Below, piece by piece: positions 46,713-57,138 of a stretch of 64,000 nucleotides of DNA. This DNA is from Steroidobacteraceae bacterium (GTDB taxonomy: Bacteria > Pseudomonadota > Gammaproteobacteria > Steroidobacterales > Steroidobacteraceae), in NCBI GenBank assembly GCA_035252605.1, contig DATFCZ010000123.1, positions 6,632-70,631 of the forward strand. Reading direction: 5' to 3'. Numbering within the stretch: position 1 is the stretch's first letter; each line of letters opens with the position of its first letter. The translations under genes were made by a program, and so were the position numbers. The notes beneath the pieces are model-generated. The model saw nothing but the letters and a program-made list of their open reading frames with translations. It made no database searches and was not told the DNA's origin.

Positions 46713-47334
46713 TCGCCGGGCGCACTGGCAGCACGTCTATCGGAGCAGGGGCGCCGCCGCCGTCAGCTGGTATCGCGCTCATCTGGATACATCGCTCGCG
46801 CTCCTCGCCGAGGCGGGAATGAGCCCCGGGTCGCGGCTGATCGATGTGGGCGGCGGCGCATCGACGCTCGTCGACGATCTGCTCGATCGGGGTCTCACGG
46901 ACGTGAGTGTCCTCGATGTCTCGGAAGAGGCTCTCGCGCTTGCGCAGCGCCGGCTCGGCGAGCGCGCGAAGACGGTCAGGTGGTACGTGGGAGATCTTTT
47001 GGAGGTTGAGCTGCCACCGGCAGGCTTCGATATCTGGCACGATCGGGCGGTGCTGCACTTCATCATCGAGCCGGCGGAGGCTGCACGATATGCGCGCATC
47101 GCCGCGAGCGCTCTGCCCGTCGGCGGCTACGCCGTGATCGCCGGCTTCGCGCCGGACGGTCCGGAGCGATGTAGCGGACTATCCGTCGCGCGCCGGTCGG
47201 CGGAAGATATCGCCGCCATCTTCGCGCCGGCATTCGCCCTCGTGCAGAAGCGGTCGGAGCTGCACCGCACGCCGAGCGGATCCGACCAGTCATTTTCATA
47301 CGCGCTTCTACAGCGGCGGGACAGTCAGACATGA
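46693..47334 (+). CDS. Class I SAM-dependent methyltransferase
   Basis: Motif I LIDVGGGAS followed by an acidic motif II (VLDVS). 213 aa. Confidence 0.75.
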   Translation: MARRSSDRRAHWQHVYRSRGAAAVSWYRAHLDTSLALLAEAGMSPGSRLIDVGGGASTLVDDLLDRGLTDVSVLDVSEEALALAQRRLGERAKTVRWYVGDLLEVELPPAGFDIWHDRAVLHFIIEPAEAARYARIAASALPVGGYAVIAGFAPDGPERCSGLSVARRSAEDIAAIFAPAFALVQKRSELHRTPSGSDQSFSYALLQRRDSQT

Positions 47335-47834
47335 ATGCCGATGAGCTGCGGGGCCTTCAGGCTCCACTGAAGCAAAAATATCGAACCGATGCTCGCTCCG
47401 CGCTGGTCACCTCGCGGGTCGAAGTGCAGCTCGATCCACAACGGCTGAATGCGAGACTCGGTGCCCGGCAGCCGCGGATCGCCGGTCTGCACCCCGCGAC
47501 CGGGGGTAAAGGGAACGAGGCCTGCTCGGCGGACCTGCTGCTCGAATCGCTGGCGGCGTGTGCCGCCGTCACGCTCCTCGCCGTCGCGACATCGATGGGT
47601 GCGCCGCTGACCGGCGGCAAGGTCATTGCGCAGGGCACCTGGGACGCGCGTGGTACGCTCGGCGTCGACAAGAGTGTACCCGTGGGGTTGCGCAGCGTCG
47701 CGTTGACCTTCGAGCTGGAGGGCCCGCTCGATGAGCCGACGCGCCGGCGCCTCATCGACACGGCGGAGCGCTATTGCGTCATTCTCGCGACGCTCCGGAA
47801 TCCACCCGAGATCGAGATCCGAGTCAAGCCCTGA
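47331..47834 (+). CDS. OsmC/Ohr family protein
   Basis: 167 aa. Paired Cys contexts (EACSADLLLESLAAC, ERYCVI) are typical of the OsmC fold. ATGA overlap with the upstream gene. Confidence 0.7.
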   Translation: MNADELRGLQAPLKQKYRTDARSALVTSRVEVQLDPQRLNARLGARQPRIAGLHPATGGKGNEACSADLLLESLAACAAVTLLAVATSMGAPLTGGKVIAQGTWDARGTLGVDKSVPVGLRSVALTFELEGPLDEPTRRRLIDTAERYCVILATLRNPPEIEIRVKP

Positions 47835-48957
47835 GCGCTCGATCGAGATCGACCCACAGGTCCTCGACGGCCTCGATACCCACGCTCAGCCGCAGCAGCG
47901 TCGGCGGCAGGTGCTGCTGTCCGGGAATACCGGCCCGCCGCTCGATGGTGGACTCCACGCCGCCCAGACTGGTCGCATGTTGGATGAGCTGCAGGCCTGC
48001 GCAGACCGCGTCGGCGGCGCGGGCATCGCCGCGCACGTCGAACGAGATGATGGTGCCGAAGCCCTCGAGCTGGCGTCGCGCGGCCTGGTGGGTCGGGTGG
48101 CTCGCCAGCCCCGGATATCGGGTCAGGGTGACGTTCGGATGAGAGGCGAGGCGCTCGGCCAATGTCGTGGCGTTGCGCTGTGCCCGCTCGAGCCGCAGGG
48201 AGAGCGTGCGCGCGCCGCGAACGGCGAGAAACACCTCGAGAGTGCCGGGTGTCGCACCCGCGAGCTCGCGCGCCTGCCGCACGGCCGCGAGCAGCTTCGC
48301 GTCGCGCACGGTGACCGCGCCTCCCAGGAGGTCCGAGTGTCCGCCGATGAATTTGGTCACCGATTGCACGGCGACATCGGCTCCCAGCGCCAGCGGTCGC
48401 TGATTGAGCGGGGTGGCGAAGGTGTTGTCCACCGCCAGGATGGCACCTGACTTTCGCCGCGAGGCACAGATGACATCGAGGTCGGCCACGCTCAGCAACG
48501 GGTTCGAGGGCGACTCGAGCCAGACGAGGTCGGCGAGGCCGCACATTTCGATCCAACCGGAGGTGTCGGTCACGCCGATGCGGTGGACCTTCCAACGGCC
48601 GCGGCTTTGGCCGGCTTCGGCGAGGCCGACGACGCCCTGGTAGCAGTCATCCGGCAGAGCGATGACCGAGCCCGTTGGGAGTTGCTCGAAAACCGCGGCG
48701 ACCGCTGCCATGCCGGAGGCGAAGGCGACCGAAGCGCCACCTTCGAGGCCGCCGATGATCCGCTCGAGCGCTTCCCAGCCGGGCGTGGCGTCATCGCGGG
48801 AGTAGGCGCGGCCCTCGCCCCGGACGAAGTTCGAGGCCGGCCAGGGTGGCACGTTGAGCGGTGAGCCGGGGCGCCGGTCCCGCCCTGCCGAGACGAGCCA
48901 TGATTCGACCGAAACCGACTCGGCCGGAAGGTGCACGTTCGGATCTTTCGGTTGCAT
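47824..48957 (-). CDS. Cys/Met-metabolism PLP-dependent enzyme (cystathionine gamma-synthase/beta-lyase family)
   Basis: PLP-lysine context SVTKFIGGHSD. 377 aa. Confidence 0.8.
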   Translation of the reverse strand: MQPKDPNVHLPAESVSVESWLVSAGRDRRPGSPLNVPPWPASNFVRGEGRAYSRDDATPGWEALERIIGGLEGGASVAFASGMAAVAAVFEQLPTGSVIALPDDCYQGVVGLAEAGQSRGRWKVHRIGVTDTSGWIEMCGLADLVWLESPSNPLLSVADLDVICASRRKSGAILAVDNTFATPLNQRPLALGADVAVQSVTKFIGGHSDLLGGAVTVRDAKLLAAVRQARELAGATPGTLEVFLAVRGARTLSLRLERAQRNATTLAERLASHPNVTLTRYPGLASHPTHQAARRQLEGFGTIISFDVRGDARAADAVCAGLQLIQHATSLGGVESTIERRAGIPGQQHLPPTLLRLSVGIEAVEDLWVDLDRALRA

Positions 48958-49023
48958 CGGTCGAGTTTAGCCGATGAAGCCAGACCGCGCCTTACCTAGG
49001 CCGGGGCAACGTCCGCCCCCGCC

Positions 49024-50187
49024 TCAATAGCATTTTCCGCGCGCGGACACGGGCCAGACCACCTCGACTGTGCCGTCGCGCACGCCGACATACCAGTCGT
49101 GGAGATTGCAGGTCGGGTCGCAATGTCCCGGAACGAGCTTCAGCTTTTCATTGATGCGAAGAACGCCGCGCTTATCCTCGATCACGCCGTGCTCATCCGA
49201 GGCGCTGATGTACTTCACGTCGTCGCGGCCATAGACGACCGGAAGGCCGCTATCGAGCGAGTGCGCCTTGAGGCCTGCGTCGCAGACCGCCTGATCGGGC
49301 TTGGCACGGCTCATCACCGAGGTCAGGATGAAGAGCGCGTTCTCCCATTCACCACGGTCGATGCGGTTCCCGTCCTTGTCCTTGATGCGCCCGTAGTCCG
49401 CATCCATGAAGGCGTAACTGCCGCACTGCAGCTCGTTATAGACGCCGGAACTCGACTCGAAGTAATAGGAGCCCGTGCCGCCCCCGGAGACGAGCTCCGG
49501 TTTCAGCCCGACCGCCTGCAAAGCATCGACAACCGCCTTGACCAGGATGACGGCGTCGTCGAGCTTGGCCTTGCGCTCCTCGTAGCTCTCCAGGTGCTGC
49601 ATGGCGCCCTGATAAGCCTGCACACCGCTGAATCTCAGTGCCGTCGCCGCATCGATGGCTGTCGCAATCTCGGTTGCCGCGCTGACGCTCCTGACCCCGC
49701 AGCGGCCCGCGCCGCAGTCGATCTCGACCAGGCACTCCAGCGTCGTGTCGTGCCGTCGTGCGGCGGCAGAGAGTTCCGCCACGTTCGCCAGGTCATCGAC
49801 GCAGACGATGATTCGCGCGCCGTGTTTCGGCAGATGGGCGAGGCGCTCGATCTTGACCGGATCGCGCACCTCGTTGGACACGAGGATGTCCTTGATGCCG
49901 CCTCGGGCAAAGACCTCGGCCTCGGAAACCTTCTGACAGCAAACGCCAACGGCACCGCCCAGGAGCTCCTGCAGCTTCTGAACGTCGACCGACTTGTGCA
50001 TCTTGCCGTGACTGCGGTGGCGCATGCCGTGCCGCTTCGCATACTCGCCCATCTTCCTGATGTTGCGCTCCAGTGCATCGAGATCGAGGATCAGGCAGGG
50101 TGTTTGGATATCCGCCTCGTCCATGCCGGGCAGAGCGGGGATGTCGTAGCCGACCACGTGGCCGGCCAGATTCGTGTCGGCACTCAT
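49024..50187 (-). CDS. DSD1-family PLP enzyme (D-threonine aldolase / D-serine dehydratase-like; Ala-racemase N-domain)
   Basis: TPCLILDLDALERNI and HGKMHKS (PLP Lys region), with a C-terminal D-serine-dehydratase-like beta domain (GHCDPTCNL). Start uncertain (50187 or 50229). Confidence 0.7.
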   Translation of the reverse strand: MSADTNLAGHVVGYDIPALPGMDEADIQTPCLILDLDALERNIRKMGEYAKRHGMRHRSHGKMHKSVDVQKLQELLGGAVGVCCQKVSEAEVFARGGIKDILVSNEVRDPVKIERLAHLPKHGARIIVCVDDLANVAELSAAARRHDTTLECLVEIDCGAGRCGVRSVSAATEIATAIDAATALRFSGVQAYQGAMQHLESYEERKAKLDDAVILVKAVVDALQAVGLKPELVSGGGTGSYYFESSSGVYNELQCGSYAFMDADYGRIKDKDGNRIDRGEWENALFILTSVMSRAKPDQAVCDAGLKAHSLDSGLPVVYGRDDVKYISASDEHGVIEDKRGVLRINEKLKLVPGHCDPTCNLHDWYVGVRDGTVEVVWPVSARGKCY

Positions 50188-50277
50188 TCTCTTCGCCGCG
50201 GAACTCCGCGCCCACCGATGCGCAAACAATGGCCGCGCCTTGCGATCGGGTCGCCGTCCCTGCCATTGCCGCGCCGC

Positions 50278-51831
50278 TCATTCACAACCATGCTCCCGCC
50301 TGAAGGCCAGGTCTTCGTAGTCGTCGCTGAAATCGGCGTCGGGATCGACCTTGGCCATGCGCAGCGCCTCGCCAGCCTGCTGGGGAAAAAGCAGCCACGC
50401 CTCGGAGTTGCCGCTTCCCCAGTGCACCAGATAGTGCTCTCCGACGCGCATGACTTGTCCGGCCAGGCTGGGCGATTTCTGCGAGGCGAAAAACACGGCA
50501 TCCCCCCGAGCACAGATCCGCGCCTCGCCGAACCACGGATCGCGCCACACGCCGAGTTGATCCTTCAGATCCCTGGACGTCGCGGGCGTGCGCGATGAGG
50601 TATCGGGAACGCGCGAGATGCGCCGCTGTTGCTCCTCGCGAGCCAGTTCGGCCGCGTAGCTGGCCACACTGCGGGCCTTCTGCGGGGCGGTAAAACGCTT
50701 GGTCAGCACCTCGTTGAGCACGGTGCGGGCATCGTCGGCATCGCCATCGATGAGGAAGACATAGCCGCTCTTGCGGTAGGGCAGCAGCGTCACGGCCGAG
50801 TACATGCCCGACAGCGTTCCGGTGTGCGACATCGTGATCCGCCCATCCACATCGTCAATGCGCCAACCATAACCATAGCTGTAAAGGAGCGTGCCGTCCC
50901 AGGCCCGACGGCGCGCGGATATCGGCATGGGCGTGTAGCCGGTCCACTCCCGCTGCCGCTGTTCCTGCGATAACCAGGCTAGTTGCTTCGGCGTCGGCGC
51001 CAGCCAATTCATGGCCCAGAGCAGCATGTCGTTCAGGCTGCAACGCACGCCCCCCGCGGCGTCCATGGTAGCAGCATGCACGATGGGCCCGCTGGCAGGC
51101 ACTTCGACGTACCGGCCGTCGCGCAGTATGTGCGGCCGTGCCACGTTACCTACCTCGTCGCGGTTCCAGGTGCCGATCTGGCAGCGGCTCATGCCGAGCG
51201 GCTGGAACACTTCCCGGCGCATGAGCGTCGGATACGGCGCGGCGCCGGCCGCGGCTGCGACCAGACCGGCAACGATGTAGAGCGTGTTGTCGTAGGCGTA
51301 GCCCGCGCGAAAGCTGTATGCCGGCTTCAGGTAGCGCAGGCCCTGCACCACGTCCTCGGGCGTAAAATGATTCGGCTCCGGCCACAGCATCAAATCGCCT
51401 GCGCCTTCGGGCAGGCCGCTGTGATGCACCAGCAAATCACCGACCTGCATGTTCGCCGTGACCCACGGGTCGTACATCCGGAACGATGGCAGGTACTTCG
51501 TGACCGGGTCGTCCCAATGCAGCTTGCCTTCCTGCACGAGTCGCGCCAGCAGCGTCGCCGTCATGGCCTTGCTGTTGGAAGCAATCTTGAAGAGCGTGTC
51601 GGCGTTGATCGGCTTACCGGATTCCAGGTCACCCATTGCGCGCGTGTAGACCACCTTACCGTGGTCGATGACACCGACAGCAATGCCGGGCAGGTGGTAT
51701 TGCGCCACTACCGATTTGACCAGGCGCTCGTAGCCGGATCGAGAGCCGGACCGCGGCGCGGCAGCCCGCGCGGCCGTTGCGCACACGATCAGCGCCAATG
51801 AGATCACCAGGGGTCGGGCGAGCCGCTTCAT
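50278..51831 (-). CDS. Exported serine hydrolase of the beta-lactamase/PBP (class C-like) family with C-terminal lipocalin-like domain
   Basis: Signal peptide MKRLARPLVISLALIVCATAARA and SxxK motif ASNSK. ATGA overlap with the lysA stop. Confidence 0.8.
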   Translation of the reverse strand: MKRLARPLVISLALIVCATAARAAAPRSGSRSGYERLVKSVVAQYHLPGIAVGVIDHGKVVYTRAMGDLESGKPINADTLFKIASNSKAMTATLLARLVQEGKLHWDDPVTKYLPSFRMYDPWVTANMQVGDLLVHHSGLPEGAGDLMLWPEPNHFTPEDVVQGLRYLKPAYSFRAGYAYDNTLYIVAGLVAAAAGAAPYPTLMRREVFQPLGMSRCQIGTWNRDEVGNVARPHILRDGRYVEVPASGPIVHAATMDAAGGVRCSLNDMLLWAMNWLAPTPKQLAWLSQEQRQREWTGYTPMPISARRRAWDGTLLYSYGYGWRIDDVDGRITMSHTGTLSGMYSAVTLLPYRKSGYVFLIDGDADDARTVLNEVLTKRFTAPQKARSVASYAAELAREEQQRRISRVPDTSSRTPATSRDLKDQLGVWRDPWFGEARICARGDAVFFASQKSPSLAGQVMRVGEHYLVHWGSGNSEAWLLFPQQAGEALRMAKVDPDADFSDDYEDLAFRREHGCE

Positions 51832-53111
51832 GTCCTATTCCAGCTCCGCGCCGGCTGCTCGCCGGCGATCATCTCCTCGAAGCTCTGGCGCCGCCGCACA
51901 ACCGCGTAACGGCCCCGGTCGAGCAGCGCTTCGGCGGCCAAGGGTCGCGAGTTGTAGTTCGATGCCATCGCCGCGCCGTAGGCCCCCGTCGTCCTGATCA
52001 TCAGCAGATCGCCCGGCTCGCACGGCGGCAAGCGGCGATCAACGGCAAAGGTGTCGCTGCTCTCGCACACCGGTCCGACGACGTCGTAGATCTGCGGCGG
52101 GTGCTGGCGGGGCGAGATCGGCACGATCTCGTGCCAGGCATCATAGAGGCTCGGGCGCAGAAGCTCGGTCATACCCGCGTCCACCACCAGGAATTGCCTC
52201 TGCCGGCCCTGCTTGATGCGCAGCACGCGCGTCAGCAGCACTCCGGCCTCGGCGACGAGCCAGCGGCCCGGTTCGAGCAGGATGCGGCCACCGAAGCCGC
52301 TGAGCGTGCTCCGAATCACCTGCGCGTAGTCCTCTACGGAGGCGGGCCGGTCGCGGTCCTCGCGATAACACACGCCGAGTCCGCCACCGACATCGATGCT
52401 GTTGATCTCATGTCCGCCTGAGGCCAGCTCGCGCCCGAAGGCGGCCAGGCGTTGCAATGCCAGCCGGATCGGATCCAGGCAAAGCATTTGCGAGCCGATG
52501 TGCACGTGCAGACCATCCAGGCGCACATGCGTCAGCCGCGCGCGATCCGCAAACCATTCGCGCGCCTCGTCAATGCCGACGCCGAACTTGTTTTCCAACC
52601 TGCCGGTGGAGATCTTGACGTGCGTGAGGGCATCGACGTCGGGATTGACGCGTACCGAGGCGCGCGCGATCACATTCCGTGCCGCCGCCAGAACCTGCAA
52701 CGAGCTCAGCTCGTCCTTTGATTCCACGTTGAAGCGTGCGATGCCGGCAGTCAGCGCATCGCCGATCTCCTCGGCGCTCTTGGCGACGCCGGAAAACACG
52801 ATGCGGTCTGCGGGAATGCCCGCACGCAGACTTCGCTGCAACTCGCCGGCCGACACGATGTCGGCGCCCAGTCCGGCGTCCGCCATCATCTGCAAAACCG
52901 CGAGGTTGGCATTGGCCTTGACCGCATAGCAAATGAGCGTATCGAGTCCTTGCACGGCCGTCTGCAAGGCACGGATGCGCTGCCGGATGGCGGAGGCGGA
53001 ATAGACATGGAGCGGCGTGCCCACTCGCTGCGCCAACACTCGCAGATCCACGCCGTCCAGACGCGCCGCGTCAGCGCACACGGCTTCGGTGGGGGTGATC
53101 GTGGTGGTCAT
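51828..53111 (-). CDS. lysA: Diaminopimelate decarboxylase
   Basis: PLP-lysine context CYAVKAN, plus DVGGGLG, CESSD and GAYGAAMASNYN. Confidence 0.88.
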   Translation of the reverse strand: MTTTITPTEAVCADAARLDGVDLRVLAQRVGTPLHVYSASAIRQRIRALQTAVQGLDTLICYAVKANANLAVLQMMADAGLGADIVSAGELQRSLRAGIPADRIVFSGVAKSAEEIGDALTAGIARFNVESKDELSSLQVLAAARNVIARASVRVNPDVDALTHVKISTGRLENKFGVGIDEAREWFADRARLTHVRLDGLHVHIGSQMLCLDPIRLALQRLAAFGRELASGGHEINSIDVGGGLGVCYREDRDRPASVEDYAQVIRSTLSGFGGRILLEPGRWLVAEAGVLLTRVLRIKQGRQRQFLVVDAGMTELLRPSLYDAWHEIVPISPRQHPPQIYDVVGPVCESSDTFAVDRRLPPCEPGDLLMIRTTGAYGAAMASNYNSRPLAAEALLDRGRYAVVRRRQSFEEMIAGEQPARSWNRT

Positions 53112-53167
53112 CGCTCGCCGCCGCGCGGTTTGTTCTCCATTCAGCTGACGGGCACGGCAGCGGCGAA

Positions 53168-54946
53168 TCAGTAACCCGCCGCGAGACCGGCCGGACGACG
53201 CCGATCGTTGGCGCCTTCGAGCATGCCGGTCTTCGGATTGATCAGGATGGCTTCATCGGCACCCATGGCGTGGACCGTCGTGAATTGGTAGCCCATTTTT
53301 TCGAGCTTCCGTAGCGACTCGGACGAGAGCATCCCAGCCTCGATCCACACCTCCTGCGGATACCACTGCTGGTGCATGCGCGGGGCGTTCACGGCCTGTT
53401 GCACGTTCATGCCGTAATCCACCACGTTGAGGATACTCTGCAGCGTGGTCGAGATGATGCTGGCGTCGCCGGGGCTGCCGGTCAGCAGAAAGGGCTCGCT
53501 GCCGCGCATGACGATGGTCGGCGTCATCGAGCTCAGGGGACGCTTCCCCGGCTCGATCCGGTTGACCTCGCCCTGCACCAGCCCGGCCGCATTCGCCACG
53601 CCGGGCTTGGAGGTGAAATCATCCATCTCGTCGTTGAGGAAGAAACCGGTGTCGCCGGCGATCTGCCGGATGCCGAACAGGAAATTCAGGGTGTAGGTTA
53701 CCGCAACCACGTTGCCGTAGCTGTCGGCCACCGAATAGTGAGTGGTGTGATTGCCTTCGCGGGCGCCGAGATCGCCCCTGATCGCCGATGAGGCTGTGGC
53801 TTTGTCCGGCAGGATCGTGGATCGCAGCTTTTCCGCGTGAGCGGGTGAAAGCAGCTCATCGATCGGGTTATGGACGAACGCCGGGTCGCCGAGGTAGGTG
53901 TTGCGATCGGCGAAGGCGCGGCGCTCGGCCTCGGCCAGATAGCGCACGGCGTCGACCGAACCGTAGCCCCACTCGGCAAACGGGTAGGGCCCGATGATCT
54001 GCAGGATCTCGCATAGCGTCGTGCCGCCTGAGCTGGGCGGCGGCGCCGAGACAATGGTGTATCCGCGGTAGCTGCATTGGACCGGCTTTTCCCATTGGAC
54101 GGTGTAATCGGCAAAATCCGCCATCGAAAGGATGCCCCCGTTGGCGCGGCTCGCCTTGACCAGGGCGCGGGCGATACGGCCCCGGTAGAACTCGTCGGTG
54201 CCGCCAGCGGCAATCCGCTCGAGCGTTCGTGCCAGTTGCCTCTGAACCAGACGCTGGCCGACCCGGTAAGGCTTGCCCCGGTTCAGGAAAATGGCTGCTA
54301 CGTTGGAATGTCTGGCGAAGTCCCCGACGCTGTCGTTGAGGATGTCGACGTCGCCTGGCCGGAGCAGGTAGCCGTCCCGCGCCAGCTTGATGGCCGGCGC
54401 CATCACCTCCTTCAACGGCATCGTGCCGTATTTCGCGAGCGCGGTATTCAGGCCCATGACGGTGCCCGGTACGCCCACTCCCAGGTAGGAATCGGTGCTG
54501 CGGCTCGGCTCTACGTGGCCGTCGGCATCCTGGAACATGCTCGCCGTGGCATTGAGCGGTGCTCTCTCGCGGAAATTGAGGAACAGGTTCCGGCCATTCC
54601 TGAGATGAATCGTCATGAACCCGCCGCCGCCGATGTTGCCGCAGCACGGATGCACGACCGCCTCCGCGTAGCCCACCGCCACGGCAGCATCGATGGCGTT
54701 GCCGCCTCGCTTGAGGAGGTCCACTCCGACCAGGGTCGCCAGATGCTGAGCGCTGACCACCATGGCGTGCCGCGCGATCACCGGTCTGGCCGTGAGCAGC
54801 GCCTCGCGAGTGGCGGCAGGCGCGTGGATGATTGTGGAAAGCGTTCGCACGCGAGCGCTGTCCCTCGCGCCGGCCACGGTGCTGCATGCAGCGATTGCGA
54901 GCGCCAGCGCCGCCTGCGACCCACGAACCGCGACGGCGCCGCTCAT
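53168..54946 (-). CDS. ggt: Gamma-glutamyltransferase (exported, probable lipoprotein)
   Basis: Start trimmed to ATG 54946 (ATGA overlap with the upstream stop). Lipobox AIAACS, autoprocessing/nucleophile TTHYSV, and SSGG / GSPGG motifs. Confidence 0.88.
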   Translation of the reverse strand: MSGAVAVRGSQAALALAIAACSTVAGARDSARVRTLSTIIHAPAATREALLTARPVIARHAMVVSAQHLATLVGVDLLKRGGNAIDAAVAVGYAEAVVHPCCGNIGGGGFMTIHLRNGRNLFLNFRERAPLNATASMFQDADGHVEPSRSTDSYLGVGVPGTVMGLNTALAKYGTMPLKEVMAPAIKLARDGYLLRPGDVDILNDSVGDFARHSNVAAIFLNRGKPYRVGQRLVQRQLARTLERIAAGGTDEFYRGRIARALVKASRANGGILSMADFADYTVQWEKPVQCSYRGYTIVSAPPPSSGGTTLCEILQIIGPYPFAEWGYGSVDAVRYLAEAERRAFADRNTYLGDPAFVHNPIDELLSPAHAEKLRSTILPDKATASSAIRGDLGAREGNHTTHYSVADSYGNVVAVTYTLNFLFGIRQIAGDTGFFLNDEMDDFTSKPGVANAAGLVQGEVNRIEPGKRPLSSMTPTIVMRGSEPFLLTGSPGDASIISTTLQSILNVVDYGMNVQQAVNAPRMHQQWYPQEVWIEAGMLSSESLRKLEKMGYQFTTVHAMGADEAILINPKTGMLEGANDRRRPAGLAAGY

Positions 54947-55932
54947 TGCCCGCCCCAGAATCCCGGTGACGGCGGCAGCAGCAGGCCATCCTGAAAAGTC
55001 ACGCCATTCGGGTGGTCGCTCTGCAGCCAGAGCGGCCCATCCAGATCGACGAAGTCCGCTTCGCGCGCGATCTCCAACGCCGGCGCGATGGCGAGCGACG
55101 AACAAACCATGCAGCCAACCATGACACCGAATCCACACGCTCTTGCATCACGCAGCAGGCGCCAGGCCTCGGTCAGGCCTCCGGTCTTGTCGAGCTTGAT
55201 GTTGACGGCCTGGTAACGATCGAGGAGCGAGGGCAGGTTGGAGGTGGTGTGGCAGGCCTCATCTGCGCAGAGAGGAATTCGGCTCGAGAACTGCAGCAGG
55301 GCGTCGTCGGCATCGGCCGGAAGCGGTTGTTCCAGCAGGCTCACGGAGGCGCGTTCAAGCGCCGGCGCGACCTGACGGAGAATGTCGATCGTCCAGCTCT
55401 CATTGGGATCGACGATGAGTCTGGCCGCGGGCGCGGCTTGCCGCACGGCTTCGATCCGCCCAACCGGGTCGTCGGCCCCGACCTTGATCTTGATCAGCCC
55501 GGCCCCCGCGATTCGGGCCGCCGCCTTCCCCATCTCGTGCGGCGTTTCGATGCCGAGTGTCAGTGCAGTGACGATCGGGGCCGGCTGTGGCCGGGCCAAG
55601 CGTTTCCACACCGGCACGTGACTGAGCCGCGATTCAAGGTCCCACAACGCCGTGTCCACTGCATTGCGCGCCGCCCCGGCGGGAAGGCGCGCCTGCAGCT
55701 CGTCTCTGCCCATGCCGGCGCACAGGAGGTCGCGCAGCATCTCGATTTGATCCATCACGGATGCCACCGATTCACCGTAGCGGCCGTAGGGAACGCATTC
55801 GCCGCGCCCGATGCAATCTGCCTGGTCAAGCTCGACGGTCACCACGTCCGCCGCGACCTTCACACCCCGCGAGATGCGAAAGGGCGTTCGCAACGGCAAC
55901 GTGCGGTGCCGGACGGTCAGCGCGCGCAGCAC
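54943..55932 (-). CDS. Enolase-superfamily dipeptide epimerase-like enzyme (L-Ala-D/L-Glu epimerase / N-acetyl-D-Glu racemase DgcA-like)
   Basis: 329 aa. Metal and acid-base motifs KIKVG, DPNESW, LEQP, ADE and DLDGP. Confidence 0.75.
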   Translation of the reverse strand: MLRALTVRHRTLPLRTPFRISRGVKVAADVVTVELDQADCIGRGECVPYGRYGESVASVMDQIEMLRDLLCAGMGRDELQARLPAGAARNAVDTALWDLESRLSHVPVWKRLARPQPAPIVTALTLGIETPHEMGKAAARIAGAGLIKIKVGADDPVGRIEAVRQAAPAARLIVDPNESWTIDILRQVAPALERASVSLLEQPLPADADDALLQFSSRIPLCADEACHTTSNLPSLLDRYQAVNIKLDKTGGLTEAWRLLRDARACGFGVMVGCMVCSSLAIAPALEIAREADFVDLDGPLWLQSDHPNGVTFQDGLLLPPSPGFWGGQ

Positions 55933-56960
55933 GAAAGCAGATTGTCCACGATGGCTTCGACTCCCATGGTGACCGGGTCCTCACAGGGCAGATCCAGTCG
56001 TTCGCCGATCTCTCGGCAAGCCGCGCGCGCCTCCGGGGCGGATACATTCGAGGTGTTGAGCGCGACGCCGACTGCCTTGACCCCGGGGTTGGTCAAGCGG
56101 GCGGCGCTGAGGTTGGCTTCCAGGCAACGCGCGAGATCCGGGAGCGGATAGCCGGGGAGGCCGCGCATGTGCCGTCGCGTGAGCTCGTGGCACAACACCA
56201 GCGCGTCTGGTTGGGAACCGTGGAGCAAGCCCAGCGACACGCCGGCGTACGACGGATGGAACAACGATCCCTGGCCTTCGATGAGATCCCATCCGTCGTC
56301 TTCACGGGCCGGCGAGATCATCTCGACCGCTCCTGAGATGAAATCGGCAATCACCGCATCCACGGGTATGCCGCCGCCCGCGATGAAGATGCCGGTCTGG
56401 CCGGTGGCGCGGAAATCGGCCCTGAGGCCGCGCTGGCGCATGCTGCGCTCGATCGCGAGCGTGGTGTACATCTTGCCGACCGAACAGTCGGTGCCCACCG
56501 TCAACAGGCGCCGCCCGGGGCGCCTTTGACCAGTGCCGACCGGGATCCTTTGAGTGCATTCGCGTGCATCGAACAGCGCGCAGCCATTGCGCCTGGCGGC
56601 AGCCACGATGTCTGCATTCTCACGCAGCTTTTCATGAAGACCGGCAACCACGTTGAGCTTGGCATCGAGCGCCGTGATGATGTCGGCTACGATCTCCGGC
56701 GGCATCACACCGCCGGCGTTTGCAGTGCCGATCACCATGGTATCTGCGCCTGCGGCTTTGGCCTGCGCCGGTTCCATGTCCGGCAAGCCGAGCGTCAGGC
56801 GGCAGTCGCAGTCGCGGTACTGGCCGATACACCACTCAGGCCGCCAGTAGGCCAGTCCCCTGGCCGTCTTGATCGCAAGATCGTCCGCTGCTCGACCCAG
56901 ATACAAGAGAAAAGGCGGGCCCCAATGGACGTGGGCGGCTGCATCGCCGTGCTTGAACAT
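55917..56960 (-). CDS. DUF1611 family protein (DgcN-like putative D-glutamate N-acetyltransferase)
   Basis: PPFLLYLGRAADDLAIKTARGLAYWRP and TGQRRPGRRLLTVGTDCSVGKM are typical of DUF1611. The ATG at 56960 is preferred because GGAG lies 9 nt upstream; the track start is 57059. Confidence 0.65.
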   Translation of the reverse strand: MFKHGDAAAHVHWGPPFLLYLGRAADDLAIKTARGLAYWRPEWCIGQYRDCDCRLTLGLPDMEPAQAKAAGADTMVIGTANAGGVMPPEIVADIITALDAKLNVVAGLHEKLRENADIVAAARRNGCALFDARECTQRIPVGTGQRRPGRRLLTVGTDCSVGKMYTTLAIERSMRQRGLRADFRATGQTGIFIAGGGIPVDAVIADFISGAVEMISPAREDDGWDLIEGQGSLFHPSYAGVSLGLLHGSQPDALVLCHELTRRHMRGLPGYPLPDLARCLEANLSAARLTNPGVKAVGVALNTSNVSAPEARAACREIGERLDLPCEDPVTMGVEAIVDNLLSCCAR

Positions 56961-57138
56961 GAATCCGCGCTCCAACTGAATCCGTTCAGCTCGAAAAGGC
57001 CCGGGCAGCATAACCATTGGCGGGCATCGGCCACCAATGAAAAGACGCGTACATGGCATAACTCAGGGTTGTGGGGCGACGGCGACCTGTGCTCAACTTC
57101 AGCATATCACCGCTGCACAAATACCCGACGGGGGGGAT

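Noticed and set aside
49099-50598. 499-aa plus-strand ORF
   Set aside because: Antisense to the DSD1-family gene and the 3' end of the serine-hydrolase gene. No domain signatures.
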